Of a stretch of 64,000 bases of DNA, positions 27,767 through 36,761 are shown in pieces. How positions within the stretch are numbered: position 1 is the stretch's first letter; each line of letters opens with the position of its first letter. Under the pieces are notes generated by a model. The model saw nothing but the letters and a program-made list of their open reading frames with translations, had not been told where the DNA came from and did no database searches. Origin of the DNA: a candidate division WOR-3 bacterium (lineage in GTDB: Bacteria > Hydrothermota > Tepidihabitantia > Tepidihabitantales > Tepidihabitantaceae); contig CBFGJX010000010.1 in assembly GCA_965649225.1 (NCBI GenBank), forward strand, positions 1 through 64,000, written 5' to 3'. The position numbers and the translations under genes are program-made.

Positions 27767-29164
27767 TTGAGCCAACACGGCCCCAGTCCGTTTGACCTGC
27801 TTGTCCCCGACCTGCGCGAGGCACTGGCGTCGGGTGAGACGGACGAACTGCGCGAGTTTCTGACCGATACCCATCCGAAAATTGCCGCCGAGGTGCTTGC
27901 TCGGCTGGAGCCGGGCGAGGCAGCGGCAATCCTGCGCTGCGCACCATCGCGGGTGCAGGCGGAGGTGTTCAGCCATTTCGATACCGCTCTGCAGATGGCA
28001 CTGCTGGATGAGCTGCCCCGGGAAGAACTGGGCCGGTTGCTTTCCGACATGCCGCCCGATGACCGGGTGGATATGTTCAAGCAGATACCCGAGGACCGGC
28101 GCGAGGCTTTGCTGCCGGCGATGGCTCAGGCCGAGCGGGAAGACGTCCGCCGGCTGCTCTCCTATCCCGAGGGCACCGCCGGCGCAATAATGACATCGGA
28201 GTATGCGACGCTTGCCCCCGACGAAACGGTCGAGAGCGCACTCGCCCGGCTGCGGCGTGAGGCACCCGACAAGGAGACGATTTACTACTCCTATGTGCTG
28301 GATGAAAACCGTCACCTGCTCGGCTATGTCTCGCTCAAGGATCTGATACTGGCGCGTCCCGAAACACGGGTGCGCGACGTGATGCGCACCGATCCGATTT
28401 CCGTTCGTGCTACTGATGATCAGGAGGCAGCGGCGCGCACCATTCAGAAATACGACCTCATCGCTCTACCGGTGGTGGATGCGGAAAATGCGCTGGTCGG
28501 TATCATTACCCACGACGACGCCTCGGACGTGCTGACGCAGGAGCAGACCGAGGATGTTGAAAAACTGATGGGCATCAGCGGTGAGCACGCCTCGTATGCC
28601 TACATGAAAACTTCGCCGTTTGGCCATTTTCGCAACCGGGTTGGCTGGATTGTCGGTCTTGCCGTGCTCGGGCTGGTGTCAGGTTTTATCGTCTATCGTT
28701 TTGAGGCGCTGCTGGCCCAGATAGCAATACTTGCCACCTTCATGCCGATGCTGGCCGACACCGGTGGCAACACCGGCAGTCAGTCGGCCACGCTGGTCAT
28801 CCGGGCGCTCGCCTTGGGGGAAATCGCTCCCCGTGATACCCTGCGAGTGCTGTTGCGGGAGCTGACAACGGCACTGCTGCTGGCGCTGGTGTTGGGAATA
28901 TTCGCCGTCGGGCGGGTGATGGTCTTCGGCGGCGGGCGTACGCTGCCGCCGGGCGTGACTCCTCTGGAACTTGGTCTGGTCGTTGCCTGTGCACTTGGTC
29001 TGCAGGTCGTCACCAGCACGCTGATCGGTGCAGTGCTACCACTGGTGGCAGCCCGGTTGAAGATGGACCCGGCGGTGGTGGCCAGTCCGGCACTTACCAC
29101 CATTGTTGACATTACCGGTCTGTTGATATTTTTCACCACCGCCAAACTGATGCTGGGGTTATAG
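27767..29164 (+). CDS. mgtE: Magnesium transporter
   Basis: PDDRVD, YPEGTAGAIMT, CBS pair, GGNTGSQS, DPAVVASP..TT.VD. Confidence 0.95.
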   Translation: MSQHGPSPFDLLVPDLREALASGETDELREFLTDTHPKIAAEVLARLEPGEAAAILRCAPSRVQAEVFSHFDTALQMALLDELPREELGRLLSDMPPDDRVDMFKQIPEDRREALLPAMAQAEREDVRRLLSYPEGTAGAIMTSEYATLAPDETVESALARLRREAPDKETIYYSYVLDENRHLLGYVSLKDLILARPETRVRDVMRTDPISVRATDDQEAAARTIQKYDLIALPVVDAENALVGIITHDDASDVLTQEQTEDVEKLMGISGEHASYAYMKTSPFGHFRNRVGWIVGLAVLGLVSGFIVYRFEALLAQIAILATFMPMLADTGGNTGSQSATLVIRALALGEIAPRDTLRVLLRELTTALLLALVLGIFAVGRVMVFGGGRTLPPGVTPLELGLVVACALGLQVVTSTLIGAVLPLVAARLKMDPAVVASPALTTIVDITGLLIFFTTAKLMLGL

Positions 29165-29319
29165 CGTCCGGCTTGGCGTCGCGCCCGACTGTGCTGCTCC
29201 CGACTGATTGACAGTATTGCAGTCAGCGTTGTGCTTTTTTTGGGGGGGTGACGCGAGCCCCGAAAGGCCGGACAAAGCAGATTGCCGGGTGGGGCCATTC
29301 CAGCCTGCTAAGGGGAGCA

Positions 29320-29967
29320 ATGGAAAGCATGACAATGCCGCTGATCGGCGACCGGTTTCCCGATATCACCGTGCATACCGCGCACGGTCTCAAGAATCTG
29401 CCCGGCGATTACAAGGGCAAGTGGCTTACGATGTTCTGTCACCCGGCCGACTTTACGCCCGTGTGCACGACCGGGTTTGTTGCGTTCCAGAAGCGCTGGG
29501 ACGAGTTTCAGAAACTCAACTGCGAGCTCATCGGTTTGAGTATCGACCAGGTTTTTTCGCATATCAAGTGGACTCAGTGGATAAAGGCAAGGCTGGGCGT
29601 TGAAATCAAGTTCCCGATAATATCGGACGATGTCGGCAAGGTGGCGATGCGTCTTGGCCTGATTCATCCGGGCAAAGGCACAAGCACGGTCCGGGCGGTG
29701 TTTCTGGTGGACCCGACCGGAGTAGTCAGGACCATTCTGTACTACCCGCAGGAGCTGGGCCGCAATATGGACGAGCTTTTGCGGATGGTGAAGGCGTTGC
29801 AAATCTCGGACGCCAAGAAGGTCGCGATGCCGGCCAACTGGCCCGACAATGAGCTGGTCGGGGACCATGTCATTATCCCGCCGGCGCGTGACGAGGCAAC
29901 AGCAGCCAAGCGGCCGAGCGAGTACGAGTGCTTTGACTGGTGGTTCTGCCACAAGAGGCTGGACTGA
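29320..29967 (+). CDS. Peroxiredoxin (Prx6/archaeal TPx-like)
   Basis: [40 protein letters not shown]. Confidence 0.93.
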   Translation: MESMTMPLIGDRFPDITVHTAHGLKNLPGDYKGKWLTMFCHPADFTPVCTTGFVAFQKRWDEFQKLNCELIGLSIDQVFSHIKWTQWIKARLGVEIKFPIISDDVGKVAMRLGLIHPGKGTSTVRAVFLVDPTGVVRTILYYPQELGRNMDELLRMVKALQISDAKKVAMPANWPDNELVGDHVIIPPARDEATAAKRPSEYECFDWWFCHKRLD

Positions 29968-30048
29968 TGATTCGGCAACAGACTGAACAGACAGTTGACC
30001 GGTGGCCAAAGCCGGCGCAGAATGGCGCAGAACTACAAAGGAGGAGTC

Positions 30049-31167
30049 TTGCACTGTCTGACGGTACTGCTTTGCGCCGGTTGCGTGCTTGCCGGGCCGC
30101 TGTTTGACTGGCAGACCACGACCGAGCTGCCGCGCGGTTCGTGGCGGCACGCCTGTGCCGCGACCGCGAATCACCTTTACTTTCTTGCTGGCGGTGAGGG
30201 GCCGCAGGCCGACTGCTACTTCGCCCGATTCAATCCGGACGGCACGATTGGACAGTGGGTCGCGACGACAAGCCTGCCTGTGCCGCTGGGTTGGTTCTCG
30301 GCTGAGGCGACGGCGAGCCACATCTATGTTGTCGGCGGCTGGAACAACTCCGGGTTGACCAGTACGGTGCGCTACGCAGCGATTGATTCAACCGGTGCGC
30401 TCGGGGTGTGGCAGACGACGACGAGCCTGCCCGTGCCGTTGTACACCCATGGCGGCATCCTCGTTGATTCCTGCATCTACACCGTCGGCGGTGCAACCGG
30501 CATCGGCCAGCCGGTAGTGGCCGATGTGCGCTTCGCGCGCATTCAGCCGGACGGGAATCTCGGTGCATGGCAGGCCACTACCCCGCTGCCCGGGGTGAAT
30601 CGCCTCAACGGCATTGTTTATTACAACGGTTTCATTTACTCGCTGGGGGGCCGACCCGATGCTGCGCCGACCGGAGCGGTGTGGTACGCCGCTCGCAATC
30701 CTGACGGCACACTCGGGTCATGGCAGACTGCCACCAGCCTGCCGGCGGCGGTCGAAGGCGCCACCTGTGTGGCACTTGCCGGGCGGCTGTATGTGGTCAG
30801 CGGACTGACGGCAAACTGCTGGTCGGCGCCGGTCAACCCCGACGGCAGTGTCGGCCAGTGGACGGCTGAGCCTGCTCTGCCCCAGCCCCGCTGGGCTGCG
30901 GACGGCCTGGAACATGCCGGCAGGATTTACGTCCCCGGCGGCTATCTTTCCTCGGGTCAGAGCACGGTGTACTACTCATCACCGCTGGTTGGCGTCGCCG
31001 AAGGGCCGGCACGGGTGACGCGGCGTCGTGCGCTCCCGGTCGGGGCTGCGGCGGAATGCGAGCTGTACGACGCGCTTGGCCGCCGAGTGTCGGCCGGCCG
31101 GGTCCGCAGCGGGGTTTACTTCATCCCGTCGGCAGGCGGCGACAGCAAGGCGATACTCGTCCGCTAG
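30049..31167 (+). CDS. Secreted Kelch-repeat protein with short T9SS-type tail
   Basis: Signal peptide; six NPDG.LG.W..TTSLP repeats; LYDALGRRV...GVYF tail; GGAGGAG RBS before TTG. Confidence 0.8.
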   Translation: MHCLTVLLCAGCVLAGPLFDWQTTTELPRGSWRHACAATANHLYFLAGGEGPQADCYFARFNPDGTIGQWVATTSLPVPLGWFSAEATASHIYVVGGWNNSGLTSTVRYAAIDSTGALGVWQTTTSLPVPLYTHGGILVDSCIYTVGGATGIGQPVVADVRFARIQPDGNLGAWQATTPLPGVNRLNGIVYYNGFIYSLGGRPDAAPTGAVWYAARNPDGTLGSWQTATSLPAAVEGATCVALAGRLYVVSGLTANCWSAPVNPDGSVGQWTAEPALPQPRWAADGLEHAGRIYVPGGYLSSGQSTVYYSSPLVGVAEGPARVTRRRALPVGAAAECELYDALGRRVSAGRVRSGVYFIPSAGGDSKAILVR

Positions 31168-31295
31168 TTCCCGGCCCGGCCGGGCCGGGAACTGATTTGC
31201 AGACCGGCTCTCGACCGTTCAAGCAGGGCGACAGGCCCTATCGCGACGTACGCCGCAATCGTCGGCAAGCCAGCGCCGGCCTTGGCGGGCGTCCA

Positions 31296-31343
31296 ATACA
31301 ACATCTGGTATCAGTGACCAAGAGGCCGTACTAGATATGGTGG
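31296..31343. promoter_or_regulatory. Tandem NrdR-box-like operators
   Basis: ataCAACATCTGGtat (31296) and gtaCTAGATATGGtgg (31328) fit acaCwAtATaTwGtgt; starts 32 bp apart. Confidence 0.55.
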
Positions 31344-31442
31344 GGGGGGTGCCCTCCACCACCGCGTAGGGTCCGGAGGGGGGGCGTATGCCAGTGCAGG
31401 GGTGGCAAGAGTCGACCGTGGGAAGTCAGGGTCGGGACTGAA

Positions 31443-32213
31443 TCAGTCTGGGGGTTGCCGGGAGAAGTCTGGAAACATTCTGACGCCGGTCAGTCGTTCG
31501 ACCGAATCGACCGGAATCTGCCAGAAAGGAATCGGGCGGTTCGGAGGTCGGGGCAGGTTGGGTACAAGCCAGGCAGTCGGTACTGGTGCGTTCTTCTTTA
31601 CGGCTCCGGCAAAGTAGGCGTGAGGGACAGCAATCCGGCTGGCACCGAGCCAGAGAGTGTCGCGGCCGGCAAGCAGAACCGGTCCATCAACTACCCAGAT
31701 TGTTTCGCCGGGTCGGACACTCTGCCGGATTTGTTCTTCAATCTGGCGCCAGGGCCCGCGGTTGATGCGACTGTACTGCGGGGTGATGTTGGTGAGATAA
31801 TAGGTTTCGAACTGAGCCCGAGGCCCAAACACTTTCAGCGCAGCGTCAGGCGCTAGGTGGCCACGGTCGAATCCCGTAAGGTCGCGGCGGAATTGATGGC
31901 GATAGTCGGCTGGTACCGGGCCCAGCCCCGTTGGTAGCCGTGGGTCGGCGGCAAAGCGATGGTTGCGACGGGAAAGCCTTTGCCGGGTCGGTGTGTAGAA
32001 GTAGGCGGCCCAGCGGGAGATTTTCAATCGTGGTGACCAGCCGCAGTCGTAAGCGGCGTTCTGCAGCAGTATCAGGGCAGTATCATCGGAATGGGGCCGC
32101 CCCCAGGGATGAAGTCGTAGGCGTGGTGTGCTGTCCGGGGGCTGGCTGGAGACAAGCAGTACAACCAGGAGGATTGCCACCGCTGAAATTATCACAGCGG
32201 TTGTCCCGGTCAA
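31443..32213 (-). CDS. DNA/RNA non-specific endonuclease (NucA/EndA family), membrane-anchored or secreted
   Basis: FDRGHLAP, YLTNITPQ...NRG.W..E, VPHAYF; N-terminal hydrophobic segment. Confidence 0.9.
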   Translation of the reverse strand: MTGTTAVIISAVAILLVVLLVSSQPPDSTPRLRLHPWGRPHSDDTALILLQNAAYDCGWSPRLKISRWAAYFYTPTRQRLSRRNHRFAADPRLPTGLGPVPADYRHQFRRDLTGFDRGHLAPDAALKVFGPRAQFETYYLTNITPQYSRINRGPWRQIEEQIRQSVRPGETIWVVDGPVLLAGRDTLWLGASRIAVPHAYFAGAVKKNAPVPTAWLVPNLPRPPNRPIPFWQIPVDSVERLTGVRMFPDFSRQPPD

Positions 32214-32223
32214 GGCAGGGTTC

Positions 32224-32252
32224 TTGACATTTCGGGGTGAGGGGGATACAAT
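32224..32252 (+). promoter_or_regulatory. Near-consensus sigma70 promoter
   Basis: TTGACA-N17-TACAAT upstream of 32338 gene. Confidence 0.7.
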
Positions 32253-32337
32253 GCATTTTGCGCCCGGCTAGGGCGGAGGGCCGTTTGTCCGCCGGTGCCG
32301 GACGACGCAGCAAGACCGGGTTCTTTCAGGAGGGGTC

Positions 32338-35300
32338 ATGGTCAAGTTTCTCCGGGTCTTCGGTTTTCTCTTTTCACTGTCCCTGGTCGCGACGGCAGCG
32401 GGCTGGGGCACACCCAGTAATCTGACACAAACCAGTACTCAGCATGAGTACTCGCAGTATGCCCATTGCGGCGGGGTAGCGGCCGATACCGGTGGGAATT
32501 TGCACGTTACCTGGTACGCTGCAGTGAACGTCAACAAGGTATGCTATCGCCGGCGGAGCAGTGCCGATGGTTCGTGGGGCACAGTCGAGACCGTCAGCAC
32601 CAGCAATTCGCTGAACAGTCTGCGTGGCGGCGTGGCGGCGGACTTTGACGGCAACGTTCATGTCGTCTGGCTGCGCAACACTCCGCCCTACTGCGGGGTG
32701 TGGTACCGTCGTCGCAGTGCGGCGACCGGCACCTGGTCCAGTGAGCAACTGGTTGCGACAAAGCATACCGGCTACGCTCCGGGTGAACCTTCAATTGCGA
32801 CCCGGCCGGGCGGGAATCAGCTGCATCTGGTCTGGACCCAGCGGTGCAGCAGCGGGGTCGCCCCCACTTACACGAAAGTCTGGCATCGGGAGTTCGATGG
32901 ATCAGCGTGGGGGCCGATTACGATGGTGAGCGTCGATACGGCGACAGCGGCATTGAACGCCGGTGTCGCGGTTGACAGCGCGAACAACGTTCACATCACC
33001 TGGCAGCAGTACGGCAACGGCGTCAGCAGTTTTCGAGTCTGGTACCGGGCGCGGCTGAACGGTGTCTGGCAGCCCATCGAGCAGGTTTCCTCGGCTGAGC
33101 TGGAGTCCTATTCTCAGTACAATCCGGATATCGAGGTCAGCGCGACCGGAGTGCCGCACGTTGTCTGGCATGGCCAGACTCCGTCCGCTCCCCTTTACTT
33201 CCGGATTCTCTACCGCACCAAGACTGAAGGTGCCTGGGCCGCAATCGAGACCTGCAGTGTGTTCAATAGCGCCCACAACCGTTTCCCAGGGATTGCACTG
33301 GTGGGCGAGACGGCACATGTAGTCTGGCGCCGTGACAGTACCGGCTCATCGGTCTATTCGCATCTTCGTTATCGGGCGCGCACCGGGGCTGGTCAGTGGT
33401 CGAGCGACGTCCGGTTGTCGCCGGCAAACTGGGTGAGTTTCGCCTGGTATGCCGCGGTGACCGCGTGGCGCGGAGATGTGCATCTGGTCTGGCACGACAG
33501 CTGGAACGGTTCGACCGCCGGGTTCAGTGACGTGTGGTATCTTCGGCGGGCGGTTGAGCCGGATCTGGATTACGCTGCGGTCAGTGTTGATTCGGTCTGG
33601 CCGTTTCAACCCCGGAACGGAACTGCCCGCGTGGCCGCGACGGTGCGCAATACCGGACGACTGGCGCAGCCGGCCGGAAAAAAGCTGATTCTGACAATCG
33701 GCGGGCCGAACGGTTATGACTGGAGTGACACCGCCTACACCAGCCGGGGGCTTCTGCCGGGTGAAAGCGAGAGCGTGGTCTTCCCGTTACTGTGGTCGGT
33801 GCCGGCAGTCCGGGGGCATTATGTGCTGTCGGTGATCAGTGGACTGGAGGGAGATGAGAATCCGGAAAACGACACCGCCCGGTTTCAGGTTGAGGTTTAC
33901 CCCGGCCTGTACGAGACATTTACCGCTACAACCTTTCCCCCGTCGGGCTGGCACCGATACAACTTCGACCAGAGTGATCCCTGGACACGGCATACTGCTT
34001 ACAGTTTTACTGCCCCGGCCTGTGCCCGGGTTTACTTTGATACCCCGAACAACGACTGGCTTATTACGCCTGCACTCGGGCCGATTGGTCCGGACGACGA
34101 TTCGCTGGTTTTCTACTTTCGTGCCGACCAGCCCAACTACTATGAGACCTTGACGGTACGGATTGCGACAAGGAGTCAGACTGACACCACTGCGTTTGGA
34201 GCGGTCGTCGGCCGGTTTGTGACCAGCGGCACTACTGCCTGGCGGCGGCTGGCCTACAGTCTTGCGCCCTGGCGGGACAGTACGGTTTATCTGGCATTCG
34301 TTTACAAAAACTACGATGCGTTCGGTGTGGCGATAGACGATGTCATGGGGCCGAAGCTTTACCAGCCGCTGCGGGATATGGCAGTGGACAGGCTCCACTG
34401 TACAGGCTATCCGCTGGTGGTCGGCAGCAACGAGACGCTTTCGGTCGTGGTCCGCAATCGCGGCACGCTGGCTGCGACAACTTGGCGGGTGCGGCTGGCA
34501 ATTGATGGTCAACCGGTGGACAGTCTCGAGGGGACGAGCCTCGCTCCGGGTGAGAGTGCGGCAGTATTCTTCCTTCTGAACCCGTCGGTTTCCCGGCGCG
34601 CAGTGTTTGCAGCCCGGGTGGTGCTCGTCGGTGACGAGAATCCGCTGAATGACAGCATCGCGCTGGATGACTGGATTTTCCCGCGCAACACCGTCGCGGC
34701 GCAGGGTTTTGATCTCCCTTATTGCAGTAGTTTCCCACCGCCGGGTTGGGCGCGGTTTTCCCGCGATGGTGGAGCTCAGCAATGGGAATGGCGCGAGGAG
34801 CCGGGACGGGAACACTCCGGGCTACGCCACTCCGGCGTAAGGTGGGAGTCGGCGCTGCTGCGCAACGACGACTGGCTGGTGAGCAACAGCTTCACCCCGA
34901 CCGCAACCGGCACCGATACGATTGGATTCTTCTGGCGGGCGTACGACCGCGACTATCCGGAGTCGCTGGAGGTTTTTGTGATGAGCGGTCAGAACGGCCC
35001 GGCCGACACACTGGCGCGGATTTTCGCTGCCAGCACCCGCGCTACCGAATACGGCGCAACGAAACTGTGTCTGGATGCCTGGGACGAGCGGCCGATTCAT
35101 ATCGGGTTTCGCTACCCCTCGCTCGATGCCTGGTTCCTGTTGATTGACGACGTCTGGTGGCAGATCACGCGCGGCGGGCCGGGGGTGCCGGTGCTGGCCG
35201 CGCCGCCGGACGACGCCGACAGCCAGCCCGCTGCCGGCCAGCTCGTCTGGCACCCGGCGTTCAACACCGATGTCTATGATGTTCTACTGGACACAGTTTT

Positions 35301-36702
35301 CCCGCCCGCGCAACTGCTGGCCGAGGGGCTGGTTGACACAGTGGTCGAGTATGCCGGGCTGCTGCCCTGGCGGCGCTACTGGTGGCGGGTGGATGCCCGT
35401 AACCGGGCGGGCCGGACGGTATCGCAGGTCTGGAGTTTTACGACGATTGGACCGGATACTACCGCGCCGGGCTGGCGTGAGATCAGCCAGGTGCCATTGT
35501 TGCCTTCGGGCAAGGCGGTGGGGGATGGTGGCGCCCTGGCATGGGACGATGCCAGTGGTAGTTTCTTTGTGCTGAAGGGACAGAAGACCTCTGACTGCTG
35601 GCGATTCGACCCGGTCGGCAGCAGCTGGCTGCAGCTGCCACCGGTGCCGGCCGGGAACGAAAACAAGCTGCCGGGCAAGGGTGCGGCAGTCTGCGGTGAC
35701 GGTAGCGGCACGGTCTATCTGCTCAAAGGTAACAATACGGTGGCGTTCTGGTCGTACCGGTCCGACTCGGCAACGTGGACTGCGCTGGCTGACGTACCGC
35801 TCGGAGTCTCCAACAAGCGGGTCAAAGGCGGCGGGGACATGGTTTATGTTGCCGTTGGTGAAACGGGATTTGTTTATCTGCTCAAGGGCAACCGTACCGA
35901 GTTCTACCGCTACAATGCTGTCACCGGGGTCTGGCAAACCGTGGAGCCGGCACCGACCGGGGCAAGGGCAAAGTGGGACCGGGGGTCATGGCTGGCTTAC
36001 GATAACGCCGGCAGAATCTATGCCCACAAGGCCAAAATCCACGAGTTTTACTGTTACGACATTGCCACCGGCCAGTGGCAGACCGCCGGGCCGGGTATGC
36101 CGCTTTTGTGCGGCCAGACCGGCAAGAGCAAGAAAAGCAAGGATGGCGCCGATGGCGTTGCCCTCGGCAGCAGGATTTACGCCTTGAAGGGAGGCAATAC
36201 CTGCGACTTCTATGCTTTTGAACCGGTCAGCGCCAGCTGGGTTGAACTTGAAACCATTCCTTCCTTCGGTTCCAGCAACAGAAAGAAGCGGGTCAAAGGC
36301 GGTGGCGGGCTGGCAACCGATGGTCTCCATATCTGGGCGCTGAAGGGCAATAAAACCGCCGAGCTGTGGCGGTATGTTCCGGGTGGCACTTCTCTGCCCG
36401 CCGGCCGCCGGCAGGAAAAAAACTGCCGTCCGGCAGTATCAGTGACCGCTGCCCAACTTACGGCCGAAGGAAGAGTCGCGATCCGGCTGGCTGATGCGCC
36501 GGCGCTGCAACCTCTGGCTATTACGCTTTACGATGCCGCCGGTCGGGTGGTCCTGACCCGAAAAATCATTCCGGCAGAAGGGGCGCTGGTTCTGCCTGAA
36601 CTGCCGCGGGGGGTTTACCTGATGCAGGCGGTTGGACCTGGGCAGAGCAGGAATGCCAAGCTTGTCATCGGCCATGGTATCGCGCTCTTGACAGATGAAT
36701 GA
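32338..36702 (+). CDS. Large surface protein: N-terminal propeller, CARDB, two cleaved-adhesin-like domains, Fn3-like, Kelch-like propeller, T9SS-type tail
   Basis: Signal peptide; HVVW repeats; FPP.GW...NDWL.(T/S)...IDDV twice; Y.WRVDARN; KGNKT repeats; YDAAGRVV...GVYL...KLVI. Confidence 0.85.
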   Translation: MVKFLRVFGFLFSLSLVATAAGWGTPSNLTQTSTQHEYSQYAHCGGVAADTGGNLHVTWYAAVNVNKVCYRRRSSADGSWGTVETVSTSNSLNSLRGGVAADFDGNVHVVWLRNTPPYCGVWYRRRSAATGTWSSEQLVATKHTGYAPGEPSIATRPGGNQLHLVWTQRCSSGVAPTYTKVWHREFDGSAWGPITMVSVDTATAALNAGVAVDSANNVHITWQQYGNGVSSFRVWYRARLNGVWQPIEQVSSAELESYSQYNPDIEVSATGVPHVVWHGQTPSAPLYFRILYRTKTEGAWAAIETCSVFNSAHNRFPGIALVGETAHVVWRRDSTGSSVYSHLRYRARTGAGQWSSDVRLSPANWVSFAWYAAVTAWRGDVHLVWHDSWNGSTAGFSDVWYLRRAVEPDLDYAAVSVDSVWPFQPRNGTARVAATVRNTGRLAQPAGKKLILTIGGPNGYDWSDTAYTSRGLLPGESESVVFPLLWSVPAVRGHYVLSVISGLEGDENPENDTARFQVEVYPGLYETFTATTFPPSGWHRYNFDQSDPWTRHTAYSFTAPACARVYFDTPNNDWLITPALGPIGPDDDSLVFYFRADQPNYYETLTVRIATRSQTDTTAFGAVVGRFVTSGTTAWRRLAYSLAPWRDSTVYLAFVYKNYDAFGVAIDDVMGPKLYQPLRDMAVDRLHCTGYPLVVGSNETLSVVVRNRGTLAATTWRVRLAIDGQPVDSLEGTSLAPGESAAVFFLLNPSVSRRAVFAARVVLVGDENPLNDSIALDDWIFPRNTVAAQGFDLPYCSSFPPPGWARFSRDGGAQQWEWREEPGREHSGLRHSGVRWESALLRNDDWLVSNSFTPTATGTDTIGFFWRAYDRDYPESLEVFVMSGQNGPADTLARIFAASTRATEYGATKLCLDAWDERPIHIGFRYPSLDAWFLLIDDVWWQITRGGPGVPVLAAPPDDADSQPAAGQLVWHPAFNTDVYDVLLDTVFPPAQLLAEGLVDTVVEYAGLLPWRRYWWRVDARNRAGRTVSQVWSFTTIGPDTTAPGWREISQVPLLPSGKAVGDGGALAWDDASGSFFVLKGQKTSDCWRFDPVGSSWLQLPPVPAGNENKLPGKGAAVCGDGSGTVYLLKGNNTVAFWSYRSDSATWTALADVPLGVSNKRVKGGGDMVYVAVGETGFVYLLKGNRTEFYRYNAVTGVWQTVEPAPTGARAKWDRGSWLAYDNAGRIYAHKAKIHEFYCYDIATGQWQTAGPGMPLLCGQTGKSKKSKDGADGVALGSRIYALKGGNTCDFYAFEPVSASWVELETIPSFGSSNRKKRVKGGGGLATDGLHIWALKGNKTAELWRYVPGGTSLPAGRRQEKNCRPAVSVTAAQLTAEGRVAIRLADAPALQPLAITLYDAAGRVVLTRKIIPAEGALVLPELPRGVYLMQAVGPGQSRNAKLVIGHGIALLTDE

Positions 36703-36761
36703 AGATACGCCATTATGTTGTCCGGGAGTACGGGACCGTATCAAAAAAGGGTTAGCTCCCA

